IMG/VR virus record: IMGVR_UViG_3300005281_000021
Location: 1 to 64,000 of that record
Strand: one strand, 5' to 3'
Length of the DNA: 64,000 bases
Origin: a virus
Lineage: Duplodnaviria; Caudoviricetes
Both the position numbers and the translations under genes were made by a program. The notes under the pieces were generated by a model. The model had not been told where the DNA came from and made no database searches. It worked only from the letters and a program-made list of their open reading frames with translations. Positions 48,183 to 58,589 of the stretch are shown here, one piece after another (position 1 is the first letter of the stretch; each line of letters begins with the position of its first letter).

Positions 48183-48385
48183 CGCCGCACCTCCGCAAAG
48201 CACTGCGAGCGCAGGCCCGAGTCCTGGATCGAGTAGCAGCGCGACGGATCCCCGTGCGCCTTCGCCAGGCAGTAGGCCCGGGCGTCGGCGTCCGGGACGG
48301 CGTAGCAGGAGCTGGCATCCGCGGCCAGCGCCGGCGGCGCGACGACATAAAGGATGGCGAGCAGCCAGGGTATGAGTCGTTTCAT
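48179..48385 (-). CDS. small secreted Cys-rich protein
   Basis: signal peptide ending ALA; two CY....D...R..C repeats. Confidence 0.65.
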   Translation of the reverse strand: MKRLIPWLLAILYVVAPPALAADASSCYAVPDADARAYCLAKAHGDPSRCYSIQDSGLRSQCFAEVRR

Positions 48386-48399
48386 GCGGCCCATGTTAC

Positions 48400-51300
48400 T
48401 CAATTCTCAGGCAAGTGTCCGCTTTCGGCAGCCTGCCGCTTCTTCAGGAACCATGCAAACCCGGTGTCGTCCAGCCCATCCATCGGGGACGTCATCAGGT
48501 CGCGCAGCTCGTACTTCTTCTGCAGCCGGTCGCGCGCCCGGAACTCCTCCCGGTGGTTCGCCACCAGATCGATCAGCTCGACGTCGTGCTTCTGGCCGAT
48601 CCGGTCGATTCGGGCGTTACGCTGGCCGTGGGTCTTGGCCGTATCCGGGATGTCGTGCTGGATCAGGTACCGGCCCGACTGCAGGTTCATGCCCACCGCG
48701 CCGGCGTCGGACGCCAGCAGGATATCCGCCTGCGCCTCGCCCTGCTCGGGGTTAAACATCTTGCGCTTGCGGTCTTTCTCGGCGGCGCTGTCGGCCCCCG
48801 TGATCGTGACGACCCGCTTGCCCGCCGCCTCGAGCCGCTTCCGGATGGCTTCAATGTCGGCCCGAGCGTGGGCGAAGATCACCCCCTGTTTGCCAGGGCG
48901 CGCCTCCACCTCCTTCAGCATGGCGTCGATCTTGGCGTTGTCCGGGTGGGAGTTGATCACCCGCCGGATGGCGCTCGAGCGCATGATACCCAGCGACTTC
49001 TGCAGCCGATCGGCGATCGCCATGTGCTCGCTCTCGGGCACCCCCTCGAACGACCCGGGCGAGATAGCCCTCATCGCCTCGAGGTTCACCTCCCCGCGCT
49101 TGCGCGCCAGCCGGGCCGCGGCGAAGTGCGCGTCCAGCTCCCGCAGGGCCTGTTTCTGGCCCTCGGTCAGGTCGACCGTTACGGTCTTGCGCTCGGCGTT
49201 GACCCCGGAACTGATCCGGTTCGGGAACACGTAGCGCGACAGCTCCCGGCGCAGGGCCTCCTTGGACGCCAAGGTGTCGGCGCCGTACTTGCGCATGAAC
49301 GCATCCCGGTCGCCGTACCGCTTGCGGTCGAGCTTCGCCAAGACGGAATGAATCTCGGACGCGTCGTTCTTCACCGGGTCGCCCGAGAAGTAGCCGTAGT
49401 AGGGCGTGTTATCGGACAGGGCGTCGACGACGTTGGACAGGGTCGAGTTTTCCTTGCCGGCCCGGTTCACGGTCTCGTGGGCCTCATCGACCATGGTCAT
49501 GTCGAAGTTGATGCCCTCCTTTTCCATGACCGAGCGCATCCACTCCTGCCGCTCGTCAGGGGTCATGGCATTGACCCGCTTGGTCATCTCGCCCTCGTCC
49601 ACCCCGGCGTGCTTGGCGCCCAAGTGGATCATGTCGTCCCGGAACGACTGGTGGGTCATGACGCAGAAGTGGTTCGACGGATCCTTGTAGGCCGCGATCC
49701 GTTCCTCCCGGGACGCGCCAGGCTCGATGTGCCACTTGTACTTGCCCGGCTGCAGATAGCGCAGCGCCTCGCCGGCGAACTGCCCCTGCACGACCGACGG
49801 CACCAGCATGATCGCCCGCTTGACCTTGCCCTTCGAGTGCAGGTGAGAAAAGCCGCCCAGCATGATCGCCGTCTTGCCCGAGCCGGCGCCCAGCGCGCCG
49901 CCCAGCCGCTTGTTTGCCTCCAGCAGCTTGATCGCCCGCTGCTGCGGCGCGTACTTGCCCGACATCGACGGGTTCCACAGCTTGACCGGCTGCCCGGGTT
50001 TGAAGTTTTGGCCGACCACCGACATCATCTTGGCGACCTGCCGCCCGGCCACGTGCCCGACCGTGTGCCGCTCGTCCGCGGCCAGCTGGCGCGCCGGCGG
50101 CTCACCGGGTTGCTCGTCGCCACCGCCGAACAGGTCGCCGTCGGACGAGAAGAACCCCATCTGGGCCTGCTCGAAGGCCTGCTTCTGCTCCCGGAACGCA
50201 TCCAGCTTGTCCAGCACGCTGCCGGCGGCGTACTTGCCCGACACCCGCTCGCGCAGGGCATCGCGCAGCGCCGCCTCCTTGGCCGCACGCTCGGCCCGTG
50301 CCTGCGGGTCGATGGTATCCAGGTGGGTCAAGTTGTTGCGGACGGTCGCCACCCCGACCTTGAGCGGCTTGTCCGGGTTGAGCCGGTTGTAGTGCTCGGC
50401 AAACTTCGACTCGACGTGCGACCGGATCAGGTCTTGCACGGTCTCATACGCCTTGGCCGTGCTCTTCATGGCAGCAACGTACTTCGGCCAATTCAGGGAC
50501 GCCGAGTTGTACTCCGCCGCGGCCTTGTCGCGCTCGGCCTTCCACTCCTGCCAGGCCGGGTTGACCGAGGTCTCCCCGAACATATCGGTCGTCATGCGTT
50601 CCGGCTCGGACGCGTCCAGGGCTTCTAGCCGCTGGCGCAGCTTCGCCTCGTCCGGGGACTCCTTGGCGATGTTCCGCGCAAAGAAGTCCCGCAGCGCGCG
50701 CTGATCCTGCGGTGTCAGCTCGCCGACCTGCTTGTATGCCGCCACGCCCTCGGGGTGATCGGACAGCGCACGGTGCAGGGCCTCGACCGCCTTGTGGTCG
50801 ACGTCGAAGGTCTGCTTGTTCAGGGTCGACCGGGCACCGCCGTACTCCCGCTCGACGTACTCGTCGGCGTACTGGTCGAAGATCGGCGCCAGGGCGTCCG
50901 CCGTCATGAGCTTGCCGTCGGCGCCCTTGGTCGGCGCGATGGTATCCAGCACCGCCCGGTACTCCGCCGGCGCGCGGCCCGACTTCTGGATGAAGTCGGC
51001 GGACTGGATGTCGGCCAGGATATCCGCCGGCGCGTCGCCGTCGGCCATCCGCCCGCCGATGTAGTCCTTCAGCGACCGCTCGAGATCAGGCCCTGCCTCG
51101 AACGGGCGCGCCAACCGCGGCGCCACGCCGGGCTTGACGTCCGTGGCCAGATCCGGGCGGCTGGCAAACCCCAGCGGCAGCCAGCCCTCCTCGTCCATGT
51201 CGCCACGGATGATGGCCTGGCTGCGCTTGAGCTGCGCCAGATCCTCCCGGTTCACCGGCTCAGCCAGCCGCTCCATGCCCTGGGCGTTGACCGTCAGGAA

Positions 51301-52968
51301 CAGCTCCGACCCGACCCGGTCGAGCTGGTAGTCGCCAGGCTGCAGCCCCAGCGCCCGAGCCTGGGTAATGGCAGCCGCCTCGGTCGTGGCCCCCAGGGGC
51401 ACCTCGAGCGACTCCGGATCCTGCCCCTGCATGGCCGCGACCAGGGCGGCGTTTGCCTCGGTCTCGCCCAGCACCGTGCCGAGAACCCGCCGGGCCTCCC
51501 CGATCGCCTCCCGGCGCTTGGCGTTCAAGTCCTGGGCCAGCTGCAGGTCATCGGCAGACGCCACCTTGTCCGGCAGCTCGATGGACTCGGCAGCGGCTTG
51601 GAACTCCTTCGCCTTCGCCAGCGCATCGGCGGTCACCTGGGCGTACTGGCTGGCATGGTAGTCCTCGAGCGCCAGCCGGGTCTGCTCGAACTCCTCGGGC
51701 GACAGGGCCGAGCGCAGACGGCGGGCGACCACCTGCGCTGCGCCGGCCACGCCGAGCACGTCGACCACCGACCGGTCGATCAGGCCGTGACCGGCCACGG
51801 TCAGGGCCAGGGCATTCAGCGCGTTGTAAGCCCCGACCCCGATATGCCGCCCGAGCGCGCCGCGGTCGTGCTGGTCGACCTGGGACAGGAAATTCCGGGC
51901 CGCGATCGTGCGCAGGTCGTTCTCGACGTCCTCCCGCACCTTGGCCTCGAGGGCGGCGTCGTCATCGGTAACGGCCAGCGAGAACGCCTTCGGCTCGGCG
52001 ATCGACTGGTCGATCTCCTTCGACACCTCCGCGGCCTGCTTCCGGATGAGCTGCAGCTTCTTCCGGGCCTTCAGGATTTCCAGATCCGACTTTAGGTCGG
52101 TGAGCTTCTTCTCGTCCTTCGGGGAGAACAAAGGCAAGTCGCGCACCGCCTCAAGCTCCTGGTGCAGCACCTTGGTGGCCTCGCCGCGGGCGAGCGCCGC
52201 CTTGCGCTCGTCCTCGGTCATTGCCGCCAGCTTCGCCTCGCGGTGCGCCTGCACCTCGGCGGCGATTTCCTCCGGCGTAGCACCGGCGGCAGCCGCCCGA
52301 CCCTTGTAGTCGGCATTGAACCCCAGCCCCCCGCCGGTGTCGGCCTTCATCGGGTCGATATCCGCCACGGAGAGGACGTCGGGGTCTTGGGTTTCCAGCG
52401 GGATCTCCCCGACCGCCTCCATCCGGGCGGCGTGATCCATCCGGGCTCGGTCGGCGGCTTCCTGGGCGGCGGCGTGCGCGGCCTTCAGGACGGCGGCGTG
52501 GTGGCGCTGCCGCATCTTGGCCTGGGCCTTTTCCGACAGGTGGGCGAATTTTTCCTCGGGGAACTCCAGCTGGGACAGATCCCAGCCCTTCGCCTTGGCG
52601 ACCGCGGCAATGAACTCCTGCTCAGCCTGCAGGCGCTGCTGCCGGAGGGCCTTCCTGGCCGATTGTTTGGCCTCGTAGACGCCCGATTCCTTGTCCTTGG
52701 CAATCTGCTCGGCCCTGGCCTTTTTTCGCGCCTCCAGGCGCGCCTGTGCGGCCTGCTTGGCCGTTTCACCCGGCGCCCGGGGTCGGATGCGCAGTCCGGT
52801 GAGCGCGCCGCCGGCGCCGCCAATGATGTGGGCGGAGCCGTCCGGGTTTTCACGGATGAGGATGGGCTGCCCCTTCGTGCCTTCGCCATGCGGGTGGATG
52901 GTCACCCAACGCTCGTTCGGGCCGAGAGGGATTGCAGCTTTGTATAGGAATTCGACGGAACGGTGCAT
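48400..52968 (-). CDS. large SNF2-like helicase protein (DarB-like head cargo candidate)
   Basis: 1522 aa; GAGSGKT, MVDEAH, SGDP, SDAGAVGMNLQ, QRNARIDRIGQ. Confidence 0.82.
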   Translation of the reverse strand: MHRSVEFLYKAAIPLGPNERWVTIHPHGEGTKGQPILIRENPDGSAHIIGGAGGALTGLRIRPRAPGETAKQAAQARLEARKKARAEQIAKDKESGVYEAKQSARKALRQQRLQAEQEFIAAVAKAKGWDLSQLEFPEEKFAHLSEKAQAKMRQRHHAAVLKAAHAAAQEAADRARMDHAARMEAVGEIPLETQDPDVLSVADIDPMKADTGGGLGFNADYKGRAAAAGATPEEIAAEVQAHREAKLAAMTEDERKAALARGEATKVLHQELEAVRDLPLFSPKDEKKLTDLKSDLEILKARKKLQLIRKQAAEVSKEIDQSIAEPKAFSLAVTDDDAALEAKVREDVENDLRTIAARNFLSQVDQHDRGALGRHIGVGAYNALNALALTVAGHGLIDRSVVDVLGVAGAAQVVARRLRSALSPEEFEQTRLALEDYHASQYAQVTADALAKAKEFQAAAESIELPDKVASADDLQLAQDLNAKRREAIGEARRVLGTVLGETEANAALVAAMQGQDPESLEVPLGATTEAAAITQARALGLQPGDYQLDRVGSELFLTVNAQGMERLAEPVNREDLAQLKRSQAIIRGDMDEEGWLPLGFASRPDLATDVKPGVAPRLARPFEAGPDLERSLKDYIGGRMADGDAPADILADIQSADFIQKSGRAPAEYRAVLDTIAPTKGADGKLMTADALAPIFDQYADEYVEREYGGARSTLNKQTFDVDHKAVEALHRALSDHPEGVAAYKQVGELTPQDQRALRDFFARNIAKESPDEAKLRQRLEALDASEPERMTTDMFGETSVNPAWQEWKAERDKAAAEYNSASLNWPKYVAAMKSTAKAYETVQDLIRSHVESKFAEHYNRLNPDKPLKVGVATVRNNLTHLDTIDPQARAERAAKEAALRDALRERVSGKYAAGSVLDKLDAFREQKQAFEQAQMGFFSSDGDLFGGGDEQPGEPPARQLAADERHTVGHVAGRQVAKMMSVVGQNFKPGQPVKLWNPSMSGKYAPQQRAIKLLEANKRLGGALGAGSGKTAIMLGGFSHLHSKGKVKRAIMLVPSVVQGQFAGEALRYLQPGKYKWHIEPGASREERIAAYKDPSNHFCVMTHQSFRDDMIHLGAKHAGVDEGEMTKRVNAMTPDERQEWMRSVMEKEGINFDMTMVDEAHETVNRAGKENSTLSNVVDALSDNTPYYGYFSGDPVKNDASEIHSVLAKLDRKRYGDRDAFMRKYGADTLASKEALRRELSRYVFPNRISSGVNAERKTVTVDLTEGQKQALRELDAHFAAARLARKRGEVNLEAMRAISPGSFEGVPESEHMAIADRLQKSLGIMRSSAIRRVINSHPDNAKIDAMLKEVEARPGKQGVIFAHARADIEAIRKRLEAAGKRVVTITGADSAAEKDRKRKMFNPEQGEAQADILLASDAGAVGMNLQSGRYLIQHDIPDTAKTHGQRNARIDRIGQKHDVELIDLVANHREEFRARDRLQKKYELRDLMTSPMDGLDDTGFAWFLKKRQAAESGHLPEN

Positions 52969-52990
52969 CCCCCCATGATGGGGTCACGAC
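52968..52990 (-). promoter_or_regulatory. late promoter, leaderless
   Basis: GTCGTGA-cccc-ATCAT-gggggg-ATG. Confidence 0.75.
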
Positions 52991-53631
52991 GCCACCGCCA
53001 GATCCTCGATGAGTTTGTTCTTTTTTCGGACGTTTTCAACCCAAGGGATGGCCCGCAGGTTCCATGGAACGTGCAAGCCACAAACCGTCTCGCCCTGAAG
53101 CGGCACGATGTGATCGACGTGATGCAGGATGCCGGTGTCGGCGGTCAGGCGGTCTGCTTCCTCGTACACCTCACGGATGGCAGATCGATCGACCCAAGGA
53201 GGTGTTGCTCGGACAATTTGCTTTTTTCGAGCCGCGTTCAGCTCCCGTATGACATGCCGATTTTTTTCGACCCATTCCTTCCTGCGCTCCTTCAAGCGGT
53301 CGAAATTCGCCACCCAATAGGCTCGCTTCATCTCAGCAAGCCGTTCGGCGTTCTTCGCGTTGTAAGCCCTTACACGCGCCTGTATCTGCTCCCTTTTCAG
53401 GATCCACCGCTGCCGGTCGTACTCCTTCCGGGCAGCGCGTTGCACCGGATCTGCACGGCGCCGATTCTCGCAGAGACGATTGCAGAGGACGCAACGCTTG
53501 TTGTCGGTTCGGCGCTCGTAGATGTGGCCACGCACGCACGGGCGACCGGTGAAGTAATGCCGGAATCCCCTTTCAAGAGCGACGGAGCGCGGAACGAGGT
53601 GGAGCATCAACATGCCGCCGGATTTTGCCAT
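52984..53631 (-). CDS. HNH endonuclease
   Basis: YFTGRPCVRGH, HVDHIVPLQG..VCGLHVPWNL...EN..K.N. Confidence 0.88.
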   Translation of the reverse strand: MAKSGGMLMLHLVPRSVALERGFRHYFTGRPCVRGHIYERRTDNKRCVLCNRLCENRRRADPVQRAARKEYDRQRWILKREQIQARVRAYNAKNAERLAEMKRAYWVANFDRLKERRKEWVEKNRHVIRELNAARKKQIVRATPPWVDRSAIREVYEEADRLTADTGILHHVDHIVPLQGETVCGLHVPWNLRAIPWVENVRKKNKLIEDLAVAS

Positions 53632-53639
53632 GGACTATG

Positions 53640-54011
53640 CGAAACCGGGCGCGTAACCGGCGGTTTCGCGCGGTTACGGCCTCCGGTTACGCGGAAAATC
53701 AATCAAATCAATGCCTTATGTATGTATGTAACCACGTAACCAAAAAATGGATAGATAGATAGATACGTATGCGCATGCGCATACGCGCGCACGCACACGC
53801 GCGCGCACATGCGCGCACGCATGTGGTGTCTATCTTTTTCCCGGTTTCGCGGTTACACGGTTACAACGGCCCGAAACCCGCATGAAATAAAGATTTCTGC
53901 GTAACCGGTGAGGAATTACGCGCCGAAACGGCAGTTTCGGGCTGCGAAGGCGCATGAAATAATGATGGGGTCGTGTAACCGTGCCCGTTTCAGGCAGGCA
54001 AGCCGGTTACA
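53640..54011. repeat. putative replication origin: iterons around a purine-pyrimidine tract
   Basis: about 14 G(T/A)AACC copies in both orientations; GATA tandem; 63-nt RY alternation at 53763-53825. Confidence 0.6.
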
Positions 54012-54693
54012 GCGCAGGCCCGCCCTGACCGTAACGCACCGCCTTGATGAGCACCGGCCCGCTCCCGGCGCCCTTCACCTGCCGGACGAACTCGGCCACC
54101 GGCACCGCTCGGATCGACCCCAGAAACCGCGGGTCGTCGTAGTGCTTCAGGAAGGCCGACCGGGCGTCCTCCTCGCTGGCGAACCCGATCATGGCCTTCT
54201 GCTCGTCGTCCTTGTCCCACTGGCCAGGCACCCGGGTCATGACCACGTAGACGAACGGCGCATCGGCGTCCGGCCCGACGTAGCAGTCGACCGGGTCGCC
54301 ATCCAGCCCCTGGGTGCCGACCAGATAGCCGTAGGGGTACAGCATCCGGATCGACCATTCGTTGCCGTCGCGGTCGCGCCCGGATCGCACCGTGCCCACC
54401 GGGCATTCGATGGCGATTTCCAGCCCCTGCCAGCGCATCCTGGGCTTCTTGTAGTTGCCGGCCTTGGCCTGGGCTTCCGTTGGCGCGCGCCAGCCGGCAG
54501 CCACCGGGTGCGGCCCGGACTTCACGAACAGAATGGGGATAGACTTGCGCATGGGTTCCTTCTTCTCGCCGCGGGCGCGCCCGGCCTTCTTGTAGGCGAT
54601 GGCCACGGCCTGGTCGCGTGGATAGCCGGACAGAATCAGCTCGGCGATGTTGGCCGAGACCACCTCGTCGGAGTCACCATCAAGCAGCGGCAT
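54007..54693 (-). CDS. inorganic-pyrophosphatase-like (InPase) domain protein
   Basis: [56 protein letters not shown]. Confidence 0.75.
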   Translation of the reverse strand: MPLLDGDSDEVVSANIAELILSGYPRDQAVAIAYKKAGRARGEKKEPMRKSIPILFVKSGPHPVAAGWRAPTEAQAKAGNYKKPRMRWQGLEIAIECPVGTVRSGRDRDGNEWSIRMLYPYGYLVGTQGLDGDPVDCYVGPDADAPFVYVVMTRVPGQWDKDDEQKAMIGFASEEDARSAFLKHYDDPRFLGSIRAVPVAEFVRQVKGAGSGPVLIKAVRYGQGGPAL

Positions 54694-55849
54694 CCTTCTT
54701 GCCCTCCAACAGACGGCGCAGCCATTCGCCAAACTCGGCGTCCTCGCCAGGCTCGTCCTGCAGCACCGGCAGCCAGCGCCCCCGGCAGTGCGGGTGAACG
54801 AGCCCGGCGGGCACCCACCAAAGCTCCTCTGGGTCTCGAGGGACAAGGGCGTTGCCTACCCGCTTACGCGGCGCCGACGAGCGCCCGAAGTTGTCCTTCC
54901 CGACCCAAACCTGGGTTTCCGGATCCTTGTCCGGGTTGTCCGGCGAGACCACCTCCATGACCCGCCCGTGGATCCGCTTGCAGAAGCCGCAGGCGGACTT
55001 GTACTGCTCCACCCGCTCGACCTTCGTGCCGGGCGCCAGGCTGGCGATGTAGCCCTGCGTCTGGCACTCGCCGGCCTCGGTCACCGCGATGCGCCGCCAA
55101 TCCCGGTTCATGGTGCCGAAGGTGTCCAGCAGCAGCGACTGAAGGGTCTGGCCGGGCGTTCCCGGGATGCGCAGCATCTGCTGCTCGACGTGCTTCTGGA
55201 TGACGGCGCGCAGCTTCTGCCGGGCGGCAGCCGAGAACGCCGTGACGCGGTCAGCGGCCCGGGTGGCGGCGAAGCTCAGAATGGACTGCTGCAGCGGCGT
55301 GAGCGCGAACTGAGCGACCGCCTGTGTTGGGGTCGTAGGCAGGGCCGCGACGATGCGGTCGGCCTGCTTGTCGGTCAGCTTCTCGATGTTGGCCTGCACC
55401 TTGCCCATGAGGGTCGAGCGCGTCGCCAGCCATTCGGCCTCCGACTTCAGGACGTCGGCGGGCAGGTATCGCTGCACCAGGTAGTCGACCATCATCATGT
55501 AGTCGTCCAGCGTCCACTTGTGCGGCGGCAGGGCCTGCAGGTAGATCTTGACCAGATCCAGCTCCGCCGGCGTCCACCGCTCCATGACGCCAGGCGGCGC
55601 CGGCGGCGGTTTCAGGCCGGGATTGTGCTTGTGGCCGGCCATCCAGGCCTGCAGCTCATGCTGGACGGCCTCGACGCGCGTCAGCCCGCGCTCGGTGAAC
55701 AGCTCGACCAGGCGCCGAACGAACGGGCTGTCCATCGGATCCCAGATCGCGTCGTCGTCGCCGTGATCGTGGATCGCCTTGTAGATTTCGGACAGCGCCC
55801 GGTTCGTCTGCGTTTCGTCCAGATTGATGACGTCGAGGAAAAGGCCCAT
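54680..55849 (-). CDS. MuF-like head morphogenesis protein
   Basis: [19 protein letters not shown]. Confidence 0.78.
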   Translation of the reverse strand: MGLFLDVINLDETQTNRALSEIYKAIHDHGDDDAIWDPMDSPFVRRLVELFTERGLTRVEAVQHELQAWMAGHKHNPGLKPPPAPPGVMERWTPAELDLVKIYLQALPPHKWTLDDYMMMVDYLVQRYLPADVLKSEAEWLATRSTLMGKVQANIEKLTDKQADRIVAALPTTPTQAVAQFALTPLQQSILSFAATRAADRVTAFSAAARQKLRAVIQKHVEQQMLRIPGTPGQTLQSLLLDTFGTMNRDWRRIAVTEAGECQTQGYIASLAPGTKVERVEQYKSACGFCKRIHGRVMEVVSPDNPDKDPETQVWVGKDNFGRSSAPRKRVGNALVPRDPEELWWVPAGLVHPHCRGRWLPVLQDEPGEDAEFGEWLRRLLEGKKDAAA

Positions 55850-55871
55850 TCAGGCAGTGTGTCGTCACGAC
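55849..55871 (-). promoter_or_regulatory. late promoter, leaderless
   Basis: GTCGTGA-cgac-ACACT-gcctga-ATG. Confidence 0.75.
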
Positions 55872-55874
55872 ACA

Positions 55875-56055
55875 CGAGAAGCCCGCCGGTTCCTCGGCGG
55901 GCGGGGGAAGGGTCGCCGTTTCTCGCACGGTATCGGCAAGTCCCGACGCGGGAGGCTCGCCGCAAGGGCTCACGTCTGACTTGCTGCGGGCTGTTTTTCC
56001 CGACAGTCCCGCTGCGGGGCCACGTCCAAGAGACATCCGCTCTGCCCGCTAGGGC
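55875..56055 (-). ncRNA. candidate structured late ncRNA (~180 nt)
   Basis: own late promoter, five stem-loops, terminal 8-bp GC hairpin, no credible ORF. Confidence 0.6.
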
Positions 56056-56077
56056 AGCTCCATTTTTCCGTCACGAC
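56055..56077 (-). promoter_or_regulatory. late promoter of the ncRNA candidate
   Basis: GTCGTGA-cgga-AAAAT-ggagct-G. Confidence 0.7.
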
Positions 56078-56084
56078 GTGCCCG

Positions 56085-56408
56085 TCAGCGTTTGACGACG
56101 ATGCGCTCGGTCGCCATTCCCGGCGCCACGCCGATGAACCGGCGCTTGCCGGTCGCGTCCTCGACCAGCATCCCATCCTCGCCGTGCTCGATGAGCTTCA
56201 GGCGCTGCTCGGCGCGCTTCTTGTGGCCGAGGACGCGCTCCCACTTCACCTTGTGGCGCTTTCCCTTGGCGCACTCGACCGTGCAGCCGTGGCGCCCATG
56301 GGCCAGCACCCGGCCAGACAGCGGGATGCCGGACGGGTGCTCGAAATAAATCTCATCGCCAGGGAACACCCCGTGGCGAGCGTTCGGTTTGCTCTGCTGA
56401 TCCATCAT
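56085..56408 (-). CDS. hypothetical protein coupled to portal
   Basis: ATGA overlap with the portal stop; 107 aa. Confidence 0.65.
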   Translation of the reverse strand: MMDQQSKPNARHGVFPGDEIYFEHPSGIPLSGRVLAHGRHGCTVECAKGKRHKVKWERVLGHKKRAEQRLKLIEHGEDGMLVEDATGKRRFIGVAPGMATERIVVKR

Positions 56409-58174
56409 GGCTCGATTACCAGAACCGGCGGCAGACCGAAGGACTTCTGCACCTCCTCGTCGCCGCCATACTCGACCGGATCGGGGTCGTCCGGGCCGTT
56501 GCCGTCGTCTTGACCGCCGTCACCGCCCTCGTCACCGCCGCCTTGGTCGCCCTCCTGACCTTGGTCGTCCTGACCACCATCCTGGCCGTCGTCGCCCGGC
56601 TGACCGCCGCCCATGGAGTCCGGGTCGCCGTAGTCCTCGCCCTGCTGCTGCTGCATCTGCTGCCAGACCTGGATGTGCGGCGGGTTGAGCGGCGCCTCGC
56701 CCCACGGCACAGGGTCGTAGCCCTGCACGGCCCGGGCTTCGTTGACCGTGAGGATCTGCTTGCGCATCTCCTCCCGCTTGTCCAAGTCCTCCTCGTCCAG
56801 TCCAGCCCAGCGGAACACGTACTTGTCCGAGAACTCGGCGACGATGAAGTCCGTGAACAGGTTCTCGAAGTACGCCAGCAGCGGGCGCAGCCCCTTGTCC
56901 TTCGACTCGGCCAGCTTTTCCTCGGTGTCGCTGCCAGACAGCGCGGACTTCGACGCCGAGAAGCTCTCGAAATTCAGCTCGTCCGGCGCGATGCCGTAGA
57001 TGGCGCAGATCAGGCTGGCCAGGAACGTCATCCACTTCGAGAACATCATCTCGTTGACTTCGACGCCGAAATTCTCGAACGACGCCTTCGACTCCTGATC
57101 CTTGGAGACCAGGAACGGCATGTTCCAGCGATTCTCGATGCCCCGCACCATGGCATTCCAGTACCGGCGGAACGCCGCCAAGTCCTGCTCGGAGTAGTTG
57201 CCGGTCAGGTGCAGGATGCCCTTGGGGATCGAGTTGGAGTCGAAGTATTTCGTGTTGTACGAGAAGGCGTTCAGGAAGCCCGTCACCGTGCGCACGAGCA
57301 GCTCGGTCTCCGACAGGCCGTAGCCGGCAGAGTTGACGTCGGTGCGCGGGTTGCGCGGGACATAAATGAGGTCGTCGTAGGTGTAGGCGGTTCGCACGAC
57401 ACCGTTGACCACCTGCAGGGCGAAAATCTCGTCCTCGCCCTTGTAGCCCTGCTCGGTGCACAGCCGGATCGTGGCGCCGTCGACCGCATACAGGCCGTCC
57501 AGCCCGAGATTCTTGTCCCGCTTCCACTCGGTCTCGATCGGAGCCGAGTCCAGAACCAGCGAGTCCCGAACCAGCTTCGCCATGAAGCTGGAGAAGTCGT
57601 CGCGCTTCAGGCGCATGCGCCGGCGCGGGTTCTTTTCCCAGCCGCAGTGCGAGAAAAAATCCTGCAGCAGTAGGATCGACTGCTTCTCGTCCGGGCCGAT
57701 CTTCTGGTTCCGGTCGCGCAGGCGGATCTCGAAGCCCACGCCGGTGTCGCTTTCGCGCACCCGGCAGAACCGCTGCACCTGCCGGATCCGGGTCAGGACC
57801 AGGCCGGACAGGATCGGAGTCTGGTCGACCATCTGCCGCATCGCGTCAAAGCCCAGCGGGCTGGGCTTCTCGTAGTATTCGCCCAGCATGGCGATGTTGC
57901 GGTCGTCGACCCAGATCGACTGCATCCCAGGATCGCCGCGCTTGGCGGCGTTCGACGGGAACGGGACGAGCTTAGTCCCGACCATCGATTTCTGCATCTC
58001 CTGCTCGGCGAGGTCGTTCCGGATCCACTCGATGACCGGCATGATGTCTTCGCGCGGGATCAGCTCGGACGCCAGGCGCGGCGTGTGCGCCTTCTGCAGC
58101 TCGGCCTGGGCGTCGAAACGCTCCGACGCGGGCGCCTCGGGATTGAACGCGATGGAAGTGGCTTTGTCGCTCAT
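56405..58174 (-). CDS. portal protein
   Basis: YAVDGATIR, RNPRTD...YGLSETE, YFDSNSIPKGIL, SKDKGLRPLL, LTVNEAR. Confidence 0.9.
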   Translation of the reverse strand: MSDKATSIAFNPEAPASERFDAQAELQKAHTPRLASELIPREDIMPVIEWIRNDLAEQEMQKSMVGTKLVPFPSNAAKRGDPGMQSIWVDDRNIAMLGEYYEKPSPLGFDAMRQMVDQTPILSGLVLTRIRQVQRFCRVRESDTGVGFEIRLRDRNQKIGPDEKQSILLLQDFFSHCGWEKNPRRRMRLKRDDFSSFMAKLVRDSLVLDSAPIETEWKRDKNLGLDGLYAVDGATIRLCTEQGYKGEDEIFALQVVNGVVRTAYTYDDLIYVPRNPRTDVNSAGYGLSETELLVRTVTGFLNAFSYNTKYFDSNSIPKGILHLTGNYSEQDLAAFRRYWNAMVRGIENRWNMPFLVSKDQESKASFENFGVEVNEMMFSKWMTFLASLICAIYGIAPDELNFESFSASKSALSGSDTEEKLAESKDKGLRPLLAYFENLFTDFIVAEFSDKYVFRWAGLDEEDLDKREEMRKQILTVNEARAVQGYDPVPWGEAPLNPPHIQVWQQMQQQQGEDYGDPDSMGGGQPGDDGQDGGQDDQGQEGDQGGGDEGGDGGQDDGNGPDDPDPVEYGGDEEVQKSFGLPPVLVIEP

Positions 58175-58196
58175 TCCACCATGGTCGCGTCACGAC
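58174..58196 (-). promoter_or_regulatory. late promoter, leaderless (portal)
   Basis: GTCGTGA-cgcg-ACCAT-ggtgga-ATG. Confidence 0.75.
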
Positions 58197-58274
58197 AGGC
58201 CCGGCGGCGCGCCGACCATCCTGATTAATCAAATTTGATGTATTATTGCGTTATCCACACAACAGGGGAGAAAC

Positions 58275-58589
58275 ATGATCGGCAAGTATCACCCCATCGG
58301 CACCAGGGTGGTGGTCGACACCAAAGGATGGCACCAACCAATTCCCGAGATCGACGGCAAGGCCGGACTCATCATGTCGGAATACGGCCAGCACCAAACC
58401 GCCACCGGCATCTATTGGGGATACATCGTCCGCCTCGACAGCGGCCAGATTATCGTCGCCAGCCGGCGCCTGCTTGACCTGGCCGACGAGAAACCGGCCA
58501 AGGCGCCCAGCCCGCCACAGAACCGCGGAGACCTGGACGACAAGGTGTCGTGGGACGACTGCCCGTGGCGACCGAGCGAGGCGGCATGA
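58275..58589 (+). CDS. hypothetical protein (opposite-strand islet)
   Basis: GGGAG RBS; AT-rich promoter with TATTAT upstream. Confidence 0.65.
   Translation: MIGKYHPIGTRVVVDTKGWHQPIPEIDGKAGLIMSEYGQHQTATGIYWGYIVRLDSGQIIVASRRLLDLADEKPAKAPSPPQNRGDLDDKVSWDDCPWRPSEAA

Noticed and set aside
52984-53631. Group I intron around either HNH gene
   Set aside because: Flanking genes are complete with their own starts and stops; no split gene or intron core recognised
53640-54011. CRISPR array
   Set aside because: Repeats are 6-7 nt, irregularly spaced and in both orientations; no cas genes
55656-56036. 126-aa minus-strand ORF over the ncRNA candidate
   Set aside because: No clear RBS, runs through the terminal hairpin and the MuF promoter, overlaps MuF out of frame, and has no recognisable motif
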